In this document: positions 12,037-19,368 of the stretch, in pieces
Numbering within the stretch: position 1 is the stretch's first letter
How the letters are laid out: each line of letters starts with the position of its first letter
Origin: Polyangia bacterium
GTDB taxonomy: Bacteria; Myxococcota_A; Polyangia; Palsa-1104; JAEUJZ01
DNA length: 38,665 bases
NCBI GenBank assembly: GCA_038231615.1
Contig: JBBRLA010000002.1
Location: 1 to 38,665 of the forward strand
Direction of reading: 5' to 3'
Notes under the pieces: model-generated
Databases searched by the model: none
Seen by the model: only the letters and a program-made list of their open reading frames with translations
Told to the model about the DNA's origin: nothing
Program-made: the position numbers and the translations under genes

Positions 12037-12262
12037 CGTTGTTCCTGTTGGGTGCCTGGCGACCGGGAATCCTTAGCAGCCGAGAGGAGATTCTGGCGGC
12101 CCCTCTGCGTGTCCGTATGGATGAGACGGGCGATTCCATGAATAGTCTTCGAGCCGGCACCATCGATCGTACCACACATTACGACAACCGGCCCAAAAGA
12201 ACCGACCTACCTCGGCAGTTCCGGTGCCGAGTGCGTCATGGTAAGATAGCACCCTGACTTTC

Positions 12263-13153
12263 GTGAGCGACATGGCGAGCAATCCGAAGTGGGTCCGACT
12301 GCCGGATCGCGGGCGCCTTCTGTGCGCCGCGGACCTGCGGGGCAACCTACGGGACTTTTTGGCCATGGCGACCCGCTTCGAGGCCGACCCTAAAGCCTGC
12401 CTGCTCTTCCTGGGCAACGTCATTCACGGGCCCTACCTGCTGGCCTCCGAGTGGAAACCCGAACTCGGCAGCTACTACCGGGACGACTCCCCGGCGATCC
12501 TGCTCAAACTTTCCCTGCTCCGCGAGAAGTACCCCGGGCGGGTCTTCACCCTTCTGGGCAACCATGAATACGCCCACCTGGGCGGGCCCCATACCAGCAA
12601 GTTCGCCGACGATGAGACCGCCGCCCTGGAGGCGCGCCTGGGGACCGAGGCGGCGGCCTACGTGGCCGACTTCGTGCGCACCTGGCCCCTGTGGGCCCTG
12701 AGCGACGCTGGACTGCTCTTCAGCCACGCGGCCCCGGCGGCGGACCTGCCGGACCTCGACGCGCTCTCGGCCCTGTCCTACGGCGACCCCGGGGATGACG
12801 ACCTTCCCCCCGGTGATGATGACGAGGAATCCGAGGCACGGATGCGGCTGCTCGGGCAGCTCCTGTGGTCGGCGGCGCTGCCCCCGGCGCGGGCACGGCG
12901 GGCGGCGGCGATGGCCGGGGCGCGGGTGCTGGTCTACGGGCACGACGTGGTCTCGGGCCACGAAACCATTGGCAGTGAGCAGCTCATCCTGGGCACCAGC
13001 TTCGGTCTTCCGGACGAGGAGAAGCGCTACCTGTCGATCGACCTGGGCGCCCGCTATGAATCAGCCGCCGACCTGAAAGACGGCAGCGAAATCCTACCTC
13101 TTTACCCATTCCCAGGCCCCCCTGGACCCGCCGGGCCGATCAGCGGCTCTTGA
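12263..13153 (+). CDS. Calcineurin-like metallophosphoesterase with degenerate metal ligands
   Basis: Motif order ADLRGN / FLGNVIHGP / LLGNHE / FSHAA / VYGHD. Start may be ATG 12272. Confidence 0.8.
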   Translation: MSDMASNPKWVRLPDRGRLLCAADLRGNLRDFLAMATRFEADPKACLLFLGNVIHGPYLLASEWKPELGSYYRDDSPAILLKLSLLREKYPGRVFTLLGNHEYAHLGGPHTSKFADDETAALEARLGTEAAAYVADFVRTWPLWALSDAGLLFSHAAPAADLPDLDALSALSYGDPGDDDLPPGDDDEESEARMRLLGQLLWSAALPPARARRAAAMAGARVLVYGHDVVSGHETIGSEQLILGTSFGLPDEEKRYLSIDLGARYESAADLKDGSEILPLYPFPGPPGPAGPISGS

Positions 13154-13182
13154 TCTTGATCTTGATCTTGATCTTGATCTTG
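13148..13182 (+). repeat. (TCTTGA)n microsatellite, ~5.8 units, overlapping the stop codon
   Basis: TCTTGATCTTGATCTTGATCTTGATCTTGATCTTG. Confidence 0.95.
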
Positions 13183-13198
13183 CCAGGAGGGGTAGCCA

Positions 13199-13317
13199 AG
13201 AAGCACATGGCCGGAGCAGATTTTGGCGCACCCCCACAGCGACCGAGGGAGCGTACTACTGTACGTGACCGAAGGGAGTGAGGAGGTACGCCAAAAGATG
13301 CCCGGCCATGTGCTTCT
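13199..13317. mobile_element. ~120-bp palindromic REP/MITE-like element, copy 1
   Basis: Imperfect terminal inverted repeats AGAAGCAC.TGGCCGG..CAGATTTTGGCG; near-identical inverted copy at 18879-18998; lies between convergent genes. Confidence 0.8.
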
Positions 13318-13320
13318 GTT

Positions 13321-14805
13321 TTAGAGATCGTAGGGGGTACCTGGATGAGGCCGTATCGTCTCCCCACCCGCGCTGTCGTTGTGGTACAGGTCCGAGAGCG
13401 CCAGCGAGGACGTCGGGTCTCCGTGTACCAGCACGGTCTTTTTCGGCTGCGTCCGCGAAAGCAGCCCGAGCAGCTCCTTCCGGGTCGAGTGGGCACTGAA
13501 GTAGAAGCGTTCGACCTGGCAGCGCCGCTCGACCTTGGGTTTCCCATCCTGTAGGTCGATCTCGGCCCCCACCTGGGAGTGCATGATCTTGGCCCCGGGG
13601 GTGTCCGGGTCGTTATAGCCCACCACCGCGATGGCGCATTTCTCGTCGGGCAGCACCCGCCGGGAGAGCAGGTTCGAAAGGGTGTGCGGCAGCACCATCC
13701 CGCTCGACGCGATGACGATGGCCGGGGCCGGCGGCCCGCCGGAGACCACCGTGTCCATCTCCAGCGGCAGCGCCCCCAGCCCGGAAAGAAGCAGCTCCGG
13801 GTCGCGCCGCGGCGTCTTCCAGCGGGTCTGGTCATAAAGCTGGCTGAAGGCCCGCGCCAGCCCCGTCAGGTATACCGGCACCCCCGCGGGGATGCGCCCC
13901 TTGCGGATGAGCCGGGTGATGGCCACCAGGATCTCCTGCGCCCGCCCCAGGGCGAAGCACGGGATCAGCACGATGCCCCCCTCCGTCGTGACCCTGGCGA
14001 CCAGTTGCCCGAGCCGGGCGATCTGATCCTCCAGACGAACCGCGTCAGCGTGGGGGTTGCCGCCGTAGGTCGACTCGCAGAGCACCACATCGGCCTGCGG
14101 GGGGTACTCCGCCGCGGGAATGAGCAACTGACTGTGCCCGCAGGTGTCCCCGGTATAGTAGAACGACTTCGCCCCATCCCGCACCATCAGCCCGGCCGCC
14201 CCAGGGATGTGCCCGGCGCTGCCGAACATCGCTTCCACCCCGCGCCCCAGGGGGATCGGCTCCAGCAGGGCGTGCCCCTCGATCAGGTCGTCCAGCCGCT
14301 CCACCGCGTCGAAGTTGTAGAGCATCACGGCGCCGGCGTCGGCCCCCGGCGGCGCTTCCTCGCTGCGCCGACGCATCACGTTCACCGTGTTGCGCAGCAT
14401 GCGCAGGGCAAAGCGCCGCGCCACCTCGGTCATGTGGATGCGCGCCCGGGGGAAGCGCTTCGAGATGTAGGGCAGCGAACCCACGTGATCCAGGTGCGCG
14501 TGGGTCACCAGGATGTGGTCCGGCTCCGCCGGCAGCGCCGAGAGCAGGGGCAGGGAGGCCAGCCCCTCCTTCTTCGGATGCAGCCCGCAGTCCAGGAGCA
14601 GTGCCTGTCCGGCGGCCTCCAGCAGGTACGAGTTGGCGCCGATCTCCCCGGCGCCCCCCAGGCAGGTCAACCGCAAAGGAAGCCTCCCATCCAGGGAAGA
14701 CTGCCGGGGGCTGCCAGGTGAACGGATCGGCGACGAATCATATTGGGCTTCAGTCTGCTGCGAGAGCGTCTCGGTGGCCAGCCAAATCCTGCGGGATGCC
14801 CCCAT
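13321..14805 (-). CDS. MBL-fold beta-CASP ribonuclease
   Basis: LGGAGEIGANSY, LLDCG, THAHLDHVG, AGHIPG, YTGD, ESTYG, PCFALGRAQE, FSAH, LVHGD. True start may be later (e.g. TTG 14676). Confidence 0.9.
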   Translation of the reverse strand: MGASRRIWLATETLSQQTEAQYDSSPIRSPGSPRQSSLDGRLPLRLTCLGGAGEIGANSYLLEAAGQALLLDCGLHPKKEGLASLPLLSALPAEPDHILVTHAHLDHVGSLPYISKRFPRARIHMTEVARRFALRMLRNTVNVMRRRSEEAPPGADAGAVMLYNFDAVERLDDLIEGHALLEPIPLGRGVEAMFGSAGHIPGAAGLMVRDGAKSFYYTGDTCGHSQLLIPAAEYPPQADVVLCESTYGGNPHADAVRLEDQIARLGQLVARVTTEGGIVLIPCFALGRAQEILVAITRLIRKGRIPAGVPVYLTGLARAFSQLYDQTRWKTPRRDPELLLSGLGALPLEMDTVVSGGPPAPAIVIASSGMVLPHTLSNLLSRRVLPDEKCAIAVVGYNDPDTPGAKIMHSQVGAEIDLQDGKPKVERRCQVERFYFSAHSTRKELLGLLSRTQPKKTVLVHGDPTSSLALSDLYHNDSAGGETIRPHPGTPYDL

Positions 14806-16582
14806 TTTCCCCCGCCAAGTCGGCCCGATCCGCCAGTCCCCCCGGACCGATGCGCCCCACCACCGTCACGGAAAGCAGCGGCGGCAGCTCGCTGAAGGCC
14901 AGCACTGGCAGCGTCCGCTCTCGTTCCAGCAGCAGACGCGCTACGTGACGGCGCACGTCCCGATGGCACAGGAGCACCGCCCCGGGTTCTAGCCCCCGCG
15001 CCCGCGCCGCCGCCTCGTGCAGCTCCGAGAGCAGTGCCGGCTCGATGGCCAGGGACTCCCCGCCCCCTGGCCCCTCGCGCAGCGCCTCGCGGAGGGCGTC
15101 CTCGAGGTCCAGGTCCAGGGTGAAGGCCAAAAGCCCCCCGTCTTCGCTCAGGTAGTTTTGCAGCAAATGTCTGCCCAGAAGACCGCGGACCTGCTCGGTC
15201 AGAAGCAGCGCATCCGTCTCGGGCTGCGAAAGGGCCGCGATAGCGTCCAGCACCGGCTGCAGCGGCAGCGGCAGCACCCGCTCGGCGAGCAGCCGGCGCA
15301 ACACCTGCAAGAGCAGCGGCAGCTCGATCTTGCGTGGCACCGTCTCCCGCAGGAGCGTCGGCTCGCGCAGGAGCAACTCGTCGAGCAGCCGCTGGGTCTC
15401 CGCCACCCCGAGCAGCTCCGGCGCGGCCTCGCAAAGGGCCTCTTCTATCCGTGCCAGGGCCAGCGGTGCCTCTTCCGGCGCGACCCGCAGCGATAGCAGC
15501 CGCGCCCCGCGCAGGCTCACCTGAAGCAGCCGATCGCCGTCCGAGCTTGGCGAGAACGCCGGACGCGAAAGCGGGATGCCCAGGCGCTCCCGCAGCCGGT
15601 CTGCCATCGCCGCCACCGCACCTTCGGACAGGCCCAGCCCCGGCCCGGCGACGATGAGCAAATCTTTCGGGGGCGGCGGCAGCGGCTCGGCCTGGGTCGC
15701 GCTCGCCTCGGGCGCCCGCTGCACCCCCCGGGTCAGAAGGAGGCCCGCGGCCACCGCCGTCAGCAACACCGGAAGCTGGGTGCACAGGCCCAGCCCGGTG
15801 GTGAGCAACGCATATCGGCCGAGCGCCTCCCCGGGGGAGAGCCCCTCCGAGAGCAGCCCGTGTCCCACGCCCCCGAGCAAGGCGATGGCTAGCACCAGAA
15901 GGCCGGTGATCACGTCGCCCTTGACGAAGCGCAGCGCCCCGTCCATGGCCCCGTAGATCTGCGCCTCGTGCAAGAGCGCTGCCCGCTGCCCCTGGGCCTG
16001 CGACGGGCTGATCGCGCCGGATCGCAGGTCCGCGTCGATCGCTGCTTGCTGCCCGGGAAGGGCGTCCAGCGAAAACCGCGCCGCCACCTCGGCCACGCGC
16101 TCGCCGCCGCGGGCGATCACCAGGTACTGGGTCAGGGCCAGCACCAGCAGCAGCACCACGCCGATCACCGCATCGCCCCCGGCCACGACCCGCCCGAACA
16201 GGTCGATCAGCATCCCGGCCTCGCCTTGCAGAAGCAGCAGGCGCAGGGCCGCCACCGATAGGCCCAGGCGCAGCAGCACCAGCAGCACCAGCAGCGCGGG
16301 GAAAAAGGGCAGCCGCCGCGGGTCGCTGGCCCGCGCCGCGAGAAAGAGCAGCGAAAACCCCAGCAGCAGGTTGCCGCCGAGCAATAGATCAAGCAGCAGC
16401 GCCGGCACCGGCAAGATCAGGAACACCGCAGAGACCCCGGTCACGACCAGCACCAGCGCCGGGAACGAACGATCAAACCCGCTGCCCACCCAGCTGGCAA
16501 ACCGGCTGGCAAACGCCCCCAGGCCCTTTTCGAACGAAGCCCTTATCGGCCCTGCGTCTACCTGTCCATCCTCAATGGGCAT
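14750..16582 (-). CDS. FHIPEP-family export gate protein (SctV/FlhA-like), orphan
   Basis: Multi-TM N-terminus; RVAEVAARFSLDALPGQQAAIDADL and YGAMDGALRFVKGD; cytoplasmic VLRRLLAERV, LTEQVR, LPVLAFSEL. Confidence 0.9.
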   Translation of the reverse strand: MPIEDGQVDAGPIRASFEKGLGAFASRFASWVGSGFDRSFPALVLVVTGVSAVFLILPVPALLLDLLLGGNLLLGFSLLFLAARASDPRRLPFFPALLVLLVLLRLGLSVAALRLLLLQGEAGMLIDLFGRVVAGGDAVIGVVLLLVLALTQYLVIARGGERVAEVAARFSLDALPGQQAAIDADLRSGAISPSQAQGQRAALLHEAQIYGAMDGALRFVKGDVITGLLVLAIALLGGVGHGLLSEGLSPGEALGRYALLTTGLGLCTQLPVLLTAVAAGLLLTRGVQRAPEASATQAEPLPPPPKDLLIVAGPGLGLSEGAVAAMADRLRERLGIPLSRPAFSPSSDGDRLLQVSLRGARLLSLRVAPEEAPLALARIEEALCEAAPELLGVAETQRLLDELLLREPTLLRETVPRKIELPLLLQVLRRLLAERVLPLPLQPVLDAIAALSQPETDALLLTEQVRGLLGRHLLQNYLSEDGGLLAFTLDLDLEDALREALREGPGGGESLAIEPALLSELHEAAARARGLEPGAVLLCHRDVRRHVARLLLERERTLPVLAFSELPPLLSVTVVGRIGPGGLADRADLAGENGGIPQDLAGHRDALAAD

Positions 16583-16590
16583 ACCCGGAG

Positions 16591-16619
16591 ATCATCAGCG
16601 CCGACCCCCGCCCTGTCAA
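16591..16619 (-). promoter_or_regulatory. Putative sigma70-type promoter TTGACA-N17-GATGAT for the SctV-like gene
   Basis: Perfect -35, 17-nt spacer, imperfect -10 ending 8 nt before ATG 16582. Confidence 0.5.
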
Positions 16620-16681
16620 CTGCGGGCCGGTCACTGTCCACGGAGCACACCACCTGAAGAAATCCATTATACTTGGGCGCG

Positions 16682-18874
16682 ATGCGAGAATTTCTTGCGG
16701 TGGGTAGTTGCTGTCTGTGGCTGACCATTCCGACCCTCGGTGTCTGCCTGCCCGGCGCGGTTCGCGCTGGGACAGCGGAAAAGGTCGCACCTCGGACCAC
16801 CACGGTCAAGCAGGGCGAGGACTGCCAGGCCATCGTGCGCCGGGTCTACGGCGATGCCCCCGGTGCCATGGCTCGCTTCCACTCGGCCAACCCCCAGTTG
16901 GGCGGCCTGCCCCATGTCCTGCACAAGGACGACATCATCAACATCCCCGGGCTTCGCCTTCGTCGCCCCGACCCTGGCAAGTCAGCCACGCGAGACCATG
17001 AACGCCAGCCCGGCCAGGGCGATCGTCCCCCGGAAGCCGAGCCCGCCCGACTGTCCTTCGTCGGCCCCGAAGTCCGCACCCGGGAGCGGCGCGAGGGCTG
17101 GACCGAGGCACTACCCGACCAGCCCGTCGGCAGGCGCATGCGCATCAAGACCAGCGCCGCCGGCGGCGCCGAGGTTACCCTCCAGGGGCGGGGCCACCTG
17201 CAGATGGACCCCAACGCCACCCTGGTCATCGACAACCTTCCGAAGCGCCGGACCGCCGGTGAAGTCGATCTGGTCGAGGGCTCCGTCCGCGCCGACGTCA
17301 CGCCCAATCCACCCATCGGCCAACCCAAGAGCCGTTTGGGCAGCCAGCCGGCCTCGGCCCCTCTGACGGTTCACACCCCCTCTGCGGACCTTAAGGTGCG
17401 GGGCGGCGCCCGCATCGAGGCCGAGGGGCAGAATCGATCCCTGGTCGCGGTCTACGAGGGCGCCGTCGCCGTGCGCGCCCATGGCTCCGAAGTCAAGGTC
17501 CCGGCGGGACAGGGCACCCTGGTGGTCGCCGGCAGCCGCCCCAGGGCGCCCCAGCCCCTCCTGCCCGCCCCTTCCCTGGGCAGCGAAGACGGCCCCCTGC
17601 TGGTGGTGGCCCTGGGCACCCTCGGTGACCGCCGCGACAGGAAGGGCGAGGCCACCCTGTCCTTCGAACCCGTCGGCGGCGCCGAGCAGTACCTGGTCGA
17701 GGTGGCCCGCGACGAACGCTTCAACGACCGCCGCGCCGGTGGCGAGATCGTCTCGCCGCCCTTCCGCATCGCCCTGTCCCCCGGTCAGTACCAGGCCCGG
17801 GTCAGCGCCATCGACGGAGACCGCCTGGTCGGTCCGCCTTCGGCGCCGCGGCAGGTCCGGGTGATCTCCCTGCGCACCGACGCGACCCTCAGCTCGGCGT
17901 CGCCTCCCGGGGCGCCCACCCGGCTGCTCTTCTCGCGACCGCTGCGCACCACGCTGGTGGCTTCCGGCGGCGGCTTCCTCCTGGCCGCCCGGGTCAACGA
18001 CGGCCCCGAGGTGGACTGCACCCACGGACGCACCTTCGTGCTGGGCCCGGGGGAGCACCTGGTTACCCTGAGCAGCACGGGGACCCACGGCGAGGTGCTG
18101 ATCTCGGTGTCCCCGCCGCCCCCGCCGCCGCCACCGTCCATGGTGGCCCAGAAGACCGTGGAGCCGCTGGACTTGCCGGTGCCGCTCTCGTCGCCGGGGT
18201 TCCCGGGGCGGGCCCTCTCGCCGCGCACCAGGGCCTACGCGCTTCTGGGCATCGGCGCCTCCCAGGGGGATCGCAGCGCTGACGTGTACCGGGTGGACCT
18301 CGGGGGCGAGGTGGCCTTCTTCAACAAGCAATTCTCGCTGGACCTGAACCTGCCCTTGCTCTATCACGACAACGGGCCTTATCTGTCCGGCCCTGCGGTG
18401 GGGGACGTGTCCGTGGGGTTCCGCGCGGTGGCGCTGACCTCGGCGTCGGGGCGGGCGGCCCTGGGCCCCCTCCTGCGCCTCCAGCTCCCCAGCGGCACCT
18501 TCGATCGCGGCACTCCCGATGTCCACCCGGTGGTCATCGACCCGGCCATCGCCGGGAGCCTGGTGCTCGGCCCGGTGGGGCTCTTGACCTCGCAGGGCCC
18601 CACCGCGGTGGTGGCCATCGCCACACCGCAGCTCCGCTGGTCGATGAGCTACGCCGCCGAGTACCGCCTGTCCTGGCTCTCGCTTCTGGCGCAGCTCGAC
18701 GGGGCCATCGGGCTGGCTGGCGGTGCCCCCTCTGGGGCCGCGCTGGGGGGCGGGGCGCGCATCGGGATCTCCCAGTGGCATTTGCTCTTTGGCGTCCGTG
18801 GTGGACTGGGCGACGGAGGCCAGCAGGTCTTTGGCCGGTACTACGCCAGCCTCGGCGCCGAGTGGGTCCGCTAA
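16682..18874 (+). CDS. Exported LysM + FecR-like + FN3-like protein with putative C-terminal outer-membrane beta-barrel
   Basis: Signal peptide; LysM-like TVKQGEDCQAIVRRVYG...ANP...DIINIP; FecR-like IKTSAAGGAEV...LVEGSV...VHTPSA...VAVYEGAVAV; YLVEVARDERF...GQYQARVSAID; poly-Pro linker; amphipathic strands ending YYASLGAEWVR. Confidence 0.8.
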   Translation: MREFLAVGSCCLWLTIPTLGVCLPGAVRAGTAEKVAPRTTTVKQGEDCQAIVRRVYGDAPGAMARFHSANPQLGGLPHVLHKDDIINIPGLRLRRPDPGKSATRDHERQPGQGDRPPEAEPARLSFVGPEVRTRERREGWTEALPDQPVGRRMRIKTSAAGGAEVTLQGRGHLQMDPNATLVIDNLPKRRTAGEVDLVEGSVRADVTPNPPIGQPKSRLGSQPASAPLTVHTPSADLKVRGGARIEAEGQNRSLVAVYEGAVAVRAHGSEVKVPAGQGTLVVAGSRPRAPQPLLPAPSLGSEDGPLLVVALGTLGDRRDRKGEATLSFEPVGGAEQYLVEVARDERFNDRRAGGEIVSPPFRIALSPGQYQARVSAIDGDRLVGPPSAPRQVRVISLRTDATLSSASPPGAPTRLLFSRPLRTTLVASGGGFLLAARVNDGPEVDCTHGRTFVLGPGEHLVTLSSTGTHGEVLISVSPPPPPPPPSMVAQKTVEPLDLPVPLSSPGFPGRALSPRTRAYALLGIGASQGDRSADVYRVDLGGEVAFFNKQFSLDLNLPLLYHDNGPYLSGPAVGDVSVGFRAVALTSASGRAALGPLLRLQLPSGTFDRGTPDVHPVVIDPAIAGSLVLGPVGLLTSQGPTAVVAIATPQLRWSMSYAAEYRLSWLSLLAQLDGAIGLAGGAPSGAALGGGARIGISQWHLLFGVRGGLGDGGQQVFGRYYASLGAEWVR

Positions 18875-18878
18875 CCAC

Positions 18879-18998
18879 AGAAGCACCTGGACCGGGCAGA
18901 TTTTGGCGTACCTCCTCACTCCCTTCGGTCACGTACAGTAGTACGCTCCCTCGGTCGCTGCGGGGGTGCGCCAAAATCTGCTCCGGCCAGGTGCTTCT
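18879..18998. mobile_element. ~120-bp palindromic REP/MITE-like element, copy 2 (inverted relative to copy 1)
   Basis: By manual alignment, its reverse complement matches 13199-13317 with 5 substitutions and 1 indel. Flanked by CTAACCA (18871) and TGGTTAG (19029-19035). Confidence 0.8.
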
Positions 18999-19122
18999 TG
19001 CTGAAATGACTTTTCATCAAGGAGACTCTGGTTAGGCCCACGCTAAAATAAGCTGATCGCCAGCGGCCGTTGAGAACACGGCCACAACAGATTGACTTGT
19101 TTTGTGGCGGGCGCTTGGCGAT

Positions 19123-19353
19123 CTACTTGATCTGGTAGCTTTTCACGTGCAGCACTGGGGTGCCGAAGCCGATGCCGAAGCCGGCCTCGTCAAGCATCCC
19201 CTCGACCTCGGCGTGGGCGCCTGGCGCGCGCAGGTCGGCGCCGCCTCCGTCCAGCTTGTAAATCTCGCCGCCGCTGGTGGTCAGGGTGTAGTACCCGCCC
19301 TCCAGGTCGACATGGCCGATCTTGCCCGACAGCTTCTTGCTCTTCTGCTTCAC
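19123..19353 (-). CDS. Small beta-rich (OB-fold-like) hypothetical protein
   Basis: LSGKIGHVDLEGGYYTL...YKLDGG...VEG...PVLHVKSY; GAGG RBS; follows slt by 15 bp; GC-rich third positions. Confidence 0.75.
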   Translation of the reverse strand: MKQKSKKLSGKIGHVDLEGGYYTLTTSGGEIYKLDGGGADLRAPGAHAEVEGMLDEAGFGIGFGTPVLHVKSYQIK

Positions 19354-19368
19354 GCCGTCCTCACCGTG

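Noticed and set aside
13140-13835. Minus-strand ORF ending KIKIKIKIK
   Set aside because: Alternative frame of the beta-CASP gene reading through the palindromic element and microsatellite.
14750-16582. A functional flagellar or T3SS locus in this window
   Set aside because: Only the FHIPEP gene is present; neighbours are unrelated families.
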